Shown in pieces: positions 50,123 through 58,117 of a stretch of DNA of 64,000 nucleotides (its first letter is position 1; each line of letters opens with the position of its first letter). A program made the translations under genes and the position numbers. This stretch comes from an uncultured Gemmatimonadales bacterium. GTDB lineage: Bacteria; Gemmatimonadota; Gemmatimonadetes; Longimicrobiales; RSA9. The stretch is taken from contig OY970192.1 in the NCBI GenBank assembly GCA_963708135.1, positions 3,040,001-3,104,000 of the forward strand, in the 5' to 3' direction. Under the pieces are notes generated by a model that saw nothing but the letters and a program-made list of their open reading frames with translations, was not told the DNA's origin and made no database searches.

Positions 50123-50812
50123 ATGGAGCGCAGATATCAGGATCACGAAATCCGGCAGATTCTCGATCTAGCCATCGATGAGGGAGACGCTCCTGCAGAG
50201 TCTCTTCCTGTGATCGATGGTTTGACCCTTCGTGAGTTGCAGGAGGTGGGGCGCGAGGTTGGGTTGCCTGAAGGTCGTATCACGCAGGCAGTCGCGGCAT
50301 TCGAAGCGCATGGGATATCGGTGCCTCGAGGCACCACCCTCGGATTGCCAACTTCCGTCGGTAGCATCGTGGCCCTCCCTCGTAGCCCATCTGAGCGAGA
50401 GTGGGAGCTGCTCATCGCCGAGTTGCGCACGACGTTTGGCGGAAAGGGCGTCGCGACCTCGTATGGTGGTCTGCGAGAGTGGTCACAGGGGACTGTGCAC
50501 GCGTTTGTCGAGCCAACCGAGACAGGACATCGGTTGCGATTGGCGGATTCGCGGATGACGGCGGTGGGCGGGATCGGTCTAGGAGGTTTCTTCTTGGCAT
50601 TTGCCCTCCTAATCCTCGTTGTTCTGCTCGGCAAGGACGACCCAGGCGTCAGATTCGCCGTTCCGGCGTTCTTCTCTCTGATCGGCGGTAGCCTGATCGC
50701 GGGAAGCGTGGTGGCGTTACCCAGGTGGGCCCGCGAACAAGAGAACCGCATGGCGCACATCAGCAGCCGTGCAGTATCACTGCTTGCCCCACCTGGACCG
50801 GCGGGGGAATGA
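50123..50812 (+). CDS. Hypothetical membrane protein (cassette gene)
   Basis: MERRYQDHEIRQILDLA...GLTLRELQEVGREVGL; two C-terminal TM helices. Confidence 0.7.
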   Translation: MERRYQDHEIRQILDLAIDEGDAPAESLPVIDGLTLRELQEVGREVGLPEGRITQAVAAFEAHGISVPRGTTLGLPTSVGSIVALPRSPSEREWELLIAELRTTFGGKGVATSYGGLREWSQGTVHAFVEPTETGHRLRLADSRMTAVGGIGLGGFFLAFALLILVVLLGKDDPGVRFAVPAFFSLIGGSLIAGSVVALPRWAREQENRMAHISSRAVSLLAPPGPAGE

Positions 50813-51288
50813 GCGCGCTGGCCAGTGCTCTTCAGGAGCGCATCGCGGGAAACAAGGGGAACGGATGAGGGGCATGGCCGCGCGCGAGCACGCGAAATCA
50901 CATAACAAGAGAGTTGCGCCTGCGCGGCCTTCGGCCGCTCCGGAGAACACCGGCGCTGAAATGGTGCTGTTGGAAGCGGCGGTAGATATCGTTGACGATC
51001 GCAGCCTCGTCGGGACGTGAGGACGCGCCGGCGTCGCAACTCAAAGAACGTTAAGCGCCATTGGCCGGCAAGAATGAATGATTAAAGCGTGAAGCGGGAC
51101 AAAACAATCGCCTTCCTTTTCCTCCCCGCGCTTTGGGTACCGATTGCTTCGCAAGAGAGCATTCTCATCGTCGCATGAAGTCAAAGGGACGATTCCTCAG
51201 AAAGCGCCCGTCATTGACCCCTATATTTCACGAGAGTACTCTGGTCCCAAGACGACGTAACCAGGATCTCACCAGCCGGCAGTGCAAA

Positions 51289-52668
51289 ATGACTCGTGTG
51301 TCACGGTACATCATCCTCTTCGTCATCCTGAGCTTCTGCCGGCAGGGACGCACGCTCGCGCAAAGCGCACCCCACGACTGGGCCTACCTTGATCCGGTCT
51401 CTGACTCCGTCGTGGGCATCAGTCTCTTCAAGGCGTATGCTCATCTCGGGGTCAGGCCGCACACAACCGTGATTGTCGCGATCATCGACAATGGGTTCGA
51501 CATCGAGCATCCGGATCTCAAAAGAGTCATCTGGACTAACCCGCGGGAAATCGCGGGCAATCATATAGACGACGATCACAATGGTTATGTCAACAATGTG
51601 CACGGCTGGAATTTCCGTTCTTCGCCCGACGGTGAACTCGCCGAGAACGACCAGATGGAATCAACGCGAATCTATGCACAATGGAGAGGCCGATTCGAGG
51701 CCGCCGACACAGGCGGTATGATCCCGGAGGTCAGACGGCAGCTGGATTTATACCGCACAGCGAAACAGGCATACCTCGAGAAACTGAAGGGTGAGTTGAC
51801 CGAGGACGAGCGAGAGTTCGCATACAACGCAGAATATGATCCGAGCCGGATCATCGGTGATCATGCCACAGATCCGACCGAGAAATCCTATGGAAGCCGT
51901 TCCATGAGGCTGACTCCGCAGCTTACGCACGGCACTCACGTGGCCGGCATCGTCGCAGCGGATCGCACGAATGGTGTCGGTGTAATGGGTGTCGCTGACC
52001 ATGTACTCATCATGCCTGTAGTTGCGACTACCGCTGCCGGTGACGAGCGCGACAAGGATGTCGCCAATGCGATCCGGTACGCCGTTGATAACGGCGCACG
52101 CATTATCAACATGAGCTTTTCGAAGATCTTGTCGCAGTACAAGTGCGTCGTTGATGATGCAGTACGGTATGCGGAGGCGAACAATGTTCTGATCATCCAC
52201 GCCGCCGGCAACGACGGACAGAACGACGATTCCGTGCCACATTATCCGACAGCTGATTTCTGCACCGGCGGAAGGGCAAAGAATTTCATCACGGTTGGCT
52301 GGAGCAGAGCGAAGTTTGACGAACGACTCGCGCACCCTTATTCCGACTTTGGAGCACACACCGTAGATATCTTCGCGCCGGGTAGCGATATCTATTCGAC
52401 AGTGCCCGGAGGGTATGACTACAAATCGGCCAGCAGCATGTCTACTGCGTTTGTTTCGGGTGTGGCGGCGCTGCTGCTTTCCTACTTTCCGGACCTCTCG
52501 GCTGTGCAGCTTAAAGACTTGATCCTGCAATCGGCGTTCAAGCCGGACGTGCTGGTGAACAAGCCCGGCACCAACGAAAAGGTTCCTTTTCGCAGCCTGT
52601 CGGTGAGCGGTGGCATCGTCAACGCTGGTGCCGCGGTAAGGTTGGCGCTACAGCGCTATGAGCATTGA
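51289..52668 (+). CDS. S8 (subtilisin) family serine peptidase (cassette gene)
   Basis: VAIIDNG, HGTHVAGIVAA, HAAGNDG, VDIFAPG, variant Ser motif ASSMST. Confidence 0.88.
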   Translation: MTRVSRYIILFVILSFCRQGRTLAQSAPHDWAYLDPVSDSVVGISLFKAYAHLGVRPHTTVIVAIIDNGFDIEHPDLKRVIWTNPREIAGNHIDDDHNGYVNNVHGWNFRSSPDGELAENDQMESTRIYAQWRGRFEAADTGGMIPEVRRQLDLYRTAKQAYLEKLKGELTEDEREFAYNAEYDPSRIIGDHATDPTEKSYGSRSMRLTPQLTHGTHVAGIVAADRTNGVGVMGVADHVLIMPVVATTAAGDERDKDVANAIRYAVDNGARIINMSFSKILSQYKCVVDDAVRYAEANNVLIIHAAGNDGQNDDSVPHYPTADFCTGGRAKNFITVGWSRAKFDERLAHPYSDFGAHTVDIFAPGSDIYSTVPGGYDYKSASSMSTAFVSGVAALLLSYFPDLSAVQLKDLILQSAFKPDVLVNKPGTNEKVPFRSLSVSGGIVNAGAAVRLALQRYEH

Positions 52669-52939
52669 CACATTCTCAGCAATCGTTGCCTCGACCGGTC
52701 GCGCCTGCAGCCGATCTCGGTTGAGTATCACGCTCCCGTTCAGGGTAGCGCTGAGCGCTGGATGTCGCGAAAGGTCGTCAAACGTAGCGGAATCGATCTC
52801 TTGATCTCCAACACGGCGGCGTTGCCGGACCGGCCAGCGGCGAGCCTAACGGCAGATAATAGACGTTATACGCCATGCGCCTACCCTGGCGGATAGGCGC
52901 AGAAGCATACGCGAACAGGACCGGAGGCTGGGAATCTAC

Positions 52940-53225
52940 TTGCGAGCGGGTGGGGCAGGCATTCCGTAGAGCATGCCGTGCACGCTGATGTCCTCGTCCA
53001 CATCGGGCCAGTGGATGCCCTGGCCGGCACCAATGAGGCGATAGTTGCCGCGTTGCTCCGGCGTAGCCTGCGATAGGCGCCAGGACCACGCGAGTGCTCA
53101 TTCCACGCCTCACGGATGAGAGCGAGATTGGCTTGGATTACCCCGCGGATTCGGTTTAGCTCCTTGGGGGAGAACGCATAGGACGAGGCCAGCGTCAGCG
53201 GTTCGAGCCAGAACTTAGGGCCAAG
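52940..53225 (-). pseudogene. Remnants of a DUF4160 / DUF2442 TA-like pair
   Basis: KFWLEPLTLASSYAFSPKELNRIR...EAWNEH and ATPEQRGNYRLIGAGQGIHWPDVDEDISV. Confidence 0.7.
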
Positions 53226-53245
53226 TGTTGGCGTTCCAAAGCAAA

Positions 53246-54615
53246 GAGGTATCTCCAGAAGGTGTGGAAACGAGCAGAAGGCGGTGACACCTTTCGGTTG
53301 AGCCATCAACCACGGGCCTCGTGCCGGCACGAAAGGAGCCACCGCCGTGTCAAAGGTAACCAAGGAAGCGTCCTCGTCGTCAAGCGTGATATGGGGACAG
53401 CTGGAGGGCTTTGCCCGCGAGCAGGTTCAGGTATTCGTCCAGCGGCTGCTCGAGGAAGAGATCGAAGGGCTCCTGGGCCGGCGGAAGTCGGAGCGGCGAG
53501 AGCCCGGATCGGAGCCGGTCTAGCGGAACGGCTACGGCAAGGCGCGTAGGCTGGCGTTGTCGAACGGCACGATCAAGGTTCGGCGCCCGCGGGTCCGAGG
53601 GCTGGAAGAGCGGTTCGAGAGCCGAATCCTTCCGCTGTTCAAGCGGCGCACGGAGGAAGTCAGCCATCTCCTGCCCCAGCTCTACCTGCACGGGCTGGCG
53701 CTCGGCGACTTCGAGCTCGCGCTGAGGGGGCTGCTGGGGGACGCTGCTCCCCTTTCGGCTGCTTCGATCGCTCGGCTGAAGGCGCAGTGGCAGCTCGAGT
53801 TCCAGGAGTGGCGGAGCCGTTCGCTGGCCGAGCTCGACATCGTGTACTGCTGGGCGGATGGCCTGTACGTAAAGGCCGGCATCGACGACGGCAAGGCGGC
53901 GCTCCTGGTGATCATCGGTGGGACCCGCGAGGGCGAGAAGGTCGTGCTCGCCGTGGAGAGCGGGCAGCGGGAGTCGCGCGAGTCGTGGCTGGGCGTACTG
54001 CGCGACCTGAAGGCCCGCGGCATGAACGCGCCCCGACTCCTGGTCGCCGACGGCCACCTGGGCATCTGGGCCGCGGGCGCCGAGATCTGGCCGCGGTGCG
54101 AGGAGCAGCGCTGCTGGAATCACAAGATGGTCAACGTGCTGGACCAGGTTCCGAGGAAGCAGCAGGCGGCCGTCCGCCAGCACCTGAGAGGAATGATGTA
54201 CGCCGAGAGCAGGGCTGAGTGCGAGAAAGCGCGTGACCGGTGCGTGAAGCAGTTCGAGCGGCTCTACCCCAAGGCGATGGCGGCGCTCAAGCGGGACTGG
54301 GAGCGGATGGTCACCTTCTTCTCCTTCCCCCACGAGCACTGGGTCCACCTGCGCACCACCAACATCGTCGAGTCGCCCTTCGCCTCTGTGCGGCTCAGGA
54401 CCACGGCCGCAAAGCGCTACACGCGGGTCGAGAACGCCACGGCGTTGATCTGGAAGCTGCTCCTCGTAGCGGAGAAGACGTTCCGGCGGCTCAACGCCGC
54501 ACACCTGCTCGCTGCCGTTTCCGCGGGCGCAAAGTAGGTCGACGGCATCCCCGTCACCAGTCAGTCCGAAAGGGCCGCCGCCTGACGCCGTTTACACACC
54601 TATTAACGTGACCTC
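53246..54615 (+). mobile_element. IS256-family element; transposase carries in-frame stop(s)
   Basis: Imperfect TIRs GAGGT...GGTGTGGAAACG / CGTTTACACACC...ACCTC; motifs WADGLYVK, LLVADG, QRCWNHK, HLRTTNIVES; TAG at 53521; no target duplication seen. Confidence 0.85.
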
Positions 54616-54663
54616 ATACTCTGACTCAATTGGCCTACGACTTTGTCTCTGCTAACCTCCTTC

Positions 54664-55779
54664 ATGGCCGAAACCATCCGCTCCGTACTGAGCGCACCGT
54701 ATCCGCCGGGAAGCCGCTTTCAAACCCGCGGCGAGCTGTACCGCTTCGCCCTGCGCCTGTTCTTCCTTTTGGTCGCCCTTGTCGCACCCATCATGTTCCT
54801 CCGGGCCAACTGGAGCCGCACCGGATGGGATCGAGACACCGTGCCCATTCACGTGGCTGCGCGGCGGATCCAGGACGGCAAGCCCCTCTACCCGGGTCCG
54901 AGCGGTTACACTCCGCTGAGGCCCGCTCTGGTTGGAGATCGCCTGGCCTACCCGCCGTTTCTGCCGGCGGCAGTTTCGTGGGCGGCGGACAGAGATTTCC
55001 CGGCGTTCACCCGCTTATTCTACGTTGCCGACCTGCTCGCCGTGCTCGTCTACGCGATCGCGCTGGCACGCATTGCAACCGGGCGCGTGCGGCCTCTGGA
55101 CGTCGGGGTGGCCGCGGGGGCGGTCTTCGCTAGCCCGCTGGCCCTTGGGGCGATGTCCATGGGCAACCCGGAGCCCATTCTCTGGGCTCTCTACTCCCTC
55201 GCGATCGCGTTCCCGGTATTTCGCGGCGCCGGGTTTCTGATGGCAGGCTCAGTGAAGCTGTTCGGGTTCTGGCCTCTGGCGGTGGCAGCCGTTCGAGATC
55301 GACGACGGACTCTGATCTCTGCCTCCGTTGCCGCGCTCGCCCTCGCCGCTCTAGGAATCGGCGTTCTCGGCGCTCCAGGGCTGCTTCAGGCGATGGTCAA
55401 CTGGTTCCGCTACTCCATGCCGGAGAGCGCGCAGGGGAGTTTCTTCTACGCGAACGTCTCCGTCAGCTTTGCCGTGGTGCGACTGGCTCGCCACCTCGGG
55501 TGGCAATACACCGGTGGTCCCCTTCCATTACTCGCAAGGATATGGCTCTTCGGCGCGGGCGTGACGGCCCCGCTCGTCACGGGCTGGATGACCCGTAATC
55601 GGAGCACGGATGTCCAATGCGCCGCTGTGCTCGTGGCGGCCCTGGCCTTTTCACCGATCTGCTGGTCGGAATACTCAGCCGTCCTTCTTCTACCCGGGGC
55701 CCTCTGGCTCCGCGTCCGCGCGCGGCTCCCGGAGCCGGAGCCCGCACAGGTGCCGCCCGAATCGGTCTATCATATCTGA
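54664..55779 (+). CDS. Polytopic membrane protein, glycosyltransferase family 87-like
   Basis: AARRIQDGKPLY, LAYPPFL, MGNPEP, SVKLF, FSPICWSEY; many TM segments. Confidence 0.65.
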   Translation: MAETIRSVLSAPYPPGSRFQTRGELYRFALRLFFLLVALVAPIMFLRANWSRTGWDRDTVPIHVAARRIQDGKPLYPGPSGYTPLRPALVGDRLAYPPFLPAAVSWAADRDFPAFTRLFYVADLLAVLVYAIALARIATGRVRPLDVGVAAGAVFASPLALGAMSMGNPEPILWALYSLAIAFPVFRGAGFLMAGSVKLFGFWPLAVAAVRDRRRTLISASVAALALAALGIGVLGAPGLLQAMVNWFRYSMPESAQGSFFYANVSVSFAVVRLARHLGWQYTGGPLPLLARIWLFGAGVTAPLVTGWMTRNRSTDVQCAAVLVAALAFSPICWSEYSAVLLLPGALWLRVRARLPEPEPAQVPPESVYHI

Positions 55780-55945
55780 ACACCGCTGCATGGCAGCAGA
55801 TGGCGGCGAACTTGCTCCACGGCCGCCGTGGCGACACCGCGCGGCCGTTGCCATAAGCGCGCCGCTGCCACCCCGCGTGCCCAGGGACACGGCGACGGCA
55901 GCTCGTAAGCAACGGGCTCAAAGCAAACGGATTACGGCGCACGGC

Positions 55946-56059
55946 GTACAACACGAGCGTTCCCGCTGCGCTCGCGTTCGCTCGCTTGCCGCTTCGCGGA
56001 CACCCCTGCGCTTCGCTTCGCGCCGCTGCGGGGTGTCGGGAACGCCTGGAACGTTCTAT
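55946..56059 (+). other. Last attC-like site of the array
   Basis: GTACAAC-acgaGCGTTCCCG...GGACACCCC...GGGGTGTCGGGAACGC-ctggaac-GTTCTAT. Confidence 0.78.
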
Positions 56060-56275
56060 GAGAGCGCGTGTCGGCGCATGCTCGGGTCGTGCTGGTGCGG
56101 TCCATCCCGCTATGGACGCCTGGGCCCGGCGGGAATAACGTTCGGGGTGCGCGATTCTCGAAGGCGGATTCACATTGCGCGGGCCGCGTCGTCCGCGACG
56201 GCGTGGTCGAGTGGCGGTGAGCGCAATGGTGCGGATGCGTACGGATAGGTCTCGCCCGCGGCCCCCCGGCGGGTC

Positions 56276-57217
56276 GTGAGGTCGGCTCCGGCGGCGATTC
56301 CCGGGACCGTGATCTGGGCGTACGCGGCCGGTGGGCTGGTCGTGGCCCTCGGGCTGCTCACGCTCCACCGGCGCGGCACCTGGCGAGAGCGGCGCGGCCT
56401 CGAGAGGCTGCTGCTGCTCGGGCCGCTCTTCTACGCGGCGCCTCTTGCCGGCTTCGGCACGGAGCACTTCACGCTGACGGCGACGATCGCGTCCCTCATC
56501 CCGCGCTGGATTCCGTGGCACCACCTCTGGGCGTACCTCGTGGGAGCGTGCTTCATCGGGGCCGCGCTGAGCATCGTGACCGGGGTCCGCGCGCGCCTCG
56601 CGGCAGGCCTCGTCGGCGCAACGTTCTTTCTCTTCGTGGTGCTGATGGACGCCCCGGCCTGGCTGCAGAATCCCGGCAGCCGGTTCGCGCTGGCGCTGGC
56701 GCTGCGGGAGCTGGCGTTCAGCGGCGGCGCACTGGCGCTGGCGGCCGGCCTCCGAGAGCCGGGCGGCGAGCGCGGGGCTCGCGCGCTCGCGACGGTGGCG
56801 CGGTACTTCATCGCCGTCGCCGTGCTCTTCTACAGCGTCGAGCAGCTCCTGCACGGCAACTACGTTCCCGGCATTCCACTGAACCGTGTGACGCCCGGCT
56901 GGGTCTACGGACGCGTCCTGTGGACGTACGCGGCGGGCGTGGCCTACGCCGTGACCGGCACACTGCTGCTGCTGGGGAGGTGGCCCCGCGCGGCCGCAAC
57001 GTGGCTGGGCGTGACGGTGCTGTGCGTGGAGGCAGTCGTCTACGTGCCCATCGCGGTCGTGGACCGCGCGAGCGTGGCCGGCTTCAACTACCTGGCGGAC
57101 ACGCTCATGTTCGCCGGCGCGGCGCTCCTGCTCGCGCGCGCCATGCCCGAGGGCAGCGTGGCGGAGGCGTCGCCCGCGCCGGGGCAGCTCCGGGAACGAT
57201 CACATGAGAGGGCCTGA
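56276..57217 (+). CDS. DoxX-like duplicated membrane protein
   Basis: FGTEHF...LIPRWIPWHHLWAYLVG and a second similar half. Confidence 0.7.
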   Translation: MRSAPAAIPGTVIWAYAAGGLVVALGLLTLHRRGTWRERRGLERLLLLGPLFYAAPLAGFGTEHFTLTATIASLIPRWIPWHHLWAYLVGACFIGAALSIVTGVRARLAAGLVGATFFLFVVLMDAPAWLQNPGSRFALALALRELAFSGGALALAAGLREPGGERGARALATVARYFIAVAVLFYSVEQLLHGNYVPGIPLNRVTPGWVYGRVLWTYAAGVAYAVTGTLLLLGRWPRAAATWLGVTVLCVEAVVYVPIAVVDRASVAGFNYLADTLMFAGAALLLARAMPEGSVAEASPAPGQLRERSHERA

Positions 57218-57221
57218 GCCC

Positions 57222-57365
57222 ATGTCGAAGCTCATCTACCCGGCCATCACCTCCCTCGACGGCTACATCGAGGATGAGAGCGGCGAGTTCGGCCGGGCAC
57301 GGCCCGACGAGGACGTCCACGCCTTCGTCAACGAGCTCCTGCGCCCGATCGGCACGCACCTCTAG
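57222..57365 (+). pseudogene. Truncated dihydrofolate reductase / RibD C-terminal family gene
   Basis: MSKLIYPAITSLDGYIEDESGEF...PDEDVHAFVNELLRPIGTHL* with no continuation. Confidence 0.7.
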
Positions 57366-57465
57366 GGAGAGGAGCAGATCATGGTTGGCGCAGAGATGGT
57401 CCGGCGGGGCACGTCGCTGCCATCGGGCTCACGCTGCGGCGGCCTGCGCCGCGGGCGGGGCAACC

Positions 57466-57933
57466 GTGGCTGACACGAGCAGCGCCGAGAGAGAGCTGGA
57501 CGGGTTCATCGACCGGTTCCAGCCGGAGATTGCCGACCGGACGCGTGACGCCCTGGCACGCATGAAGGCGCGGCTGCCCGGCGCGGTGCAGCTGGTCTAT
57601 GACAACTACAACGCCCTGGCCATCGGCTTCAGCCCCACCGAGCGAACGTCGGATGCGGTCTTCTCGATCGCCGTCTACCCGCGCTGGGTAAGCCTGTTCT
57701 TCCTGCTGAACGGGGCCGGGTTGCCAGATCCGAAGGGGCTGCTCAGGGGAGCCGGGAAGAAGGCGCGCCACATCGTACTGGAGCGAGCCGAGATGCTCGA
57801 GCAGAGCGATGTGCAGGCGTTGCTGGCGGCAGCGCTGGCTCACGCGCCGGGGTGCATGGCAGATCCCGCGCAGGGCCGGCTGATCATCAAGTCCGTGTCG
57901 GCGAAACAGCGGCCTCGACGGCCTGGAACGTAG
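57466..57933 (+). CDS. DUF1801-like hypothetical protein
   Basis: LVYDNYNALAIGF...YPRWVSLFF...LPDPKGLLRGAGKKARHI. Confidence 0.7.
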   Translation: MADTSSAERELDGFIDRFQPEIADRTRDALARMKARLPGAVQLVYDNYNALAIGFSPTERTSDAVFSIAVYPRWVSLFFLLNGAGLPDPKGLLRGAGKKARHIVLERAEMLEQSDVQALLAAALAHAPGCMADPAQGRLIIKSVSAKQRPRRPGT

Positions 57934-58117
57934 GCGGCAAATGCAGGCGCGGGCGGACGAGCCGAGCGACGACGAACGGCCGGGCTCCACGGCGTTGCGC
58001 ACCTGAAGCGTCGCCGCGGGCCGCAGGATCCGGCGGGCCGGGCCCGCGCCTCCATTCTTGCCCTCCGCCCGTCGACTCTGCTACTCTGAACGCCTCACCT
58101 CACTCCTGGAGCCAACC

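Larger units (their letters stand above)
27981..56059 (+). mobile_element. Integron-like gene cassette array, about 32 cassettes
   Basis: Boundaries (G of GTT): 27981, 28357, 28733, 29667, 30044, 30421, 30798, 31155, ~31531 (damaged), 32274, 32934, 33814, 34520, 34893, 35920, 36298, 37110, 37847, 38225, 39067, 40001, 40798, 42625, 43001, 43378, 44078, 44455, 46752, 47502, 49995, 51050, 52865, final 56053. Duplicated cassettes keep their downstream site and have different neighbours. Confidence 0.93.

Noticed and set aside
54650..55830. Peptide ANLLHGR appearing in shadow frames at both ends of the GT87-like gene
   Set aside because: Nucleotide identity is weak and neither frame looks coding; probably chance.
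28229..56059. Reading the array in reverse orientation (crossover at the TAAC side)
   Set aside because: Duplicated cassettes keep the site that follows them on + and differ in the one before, so the crossover is at the + strand GTT.
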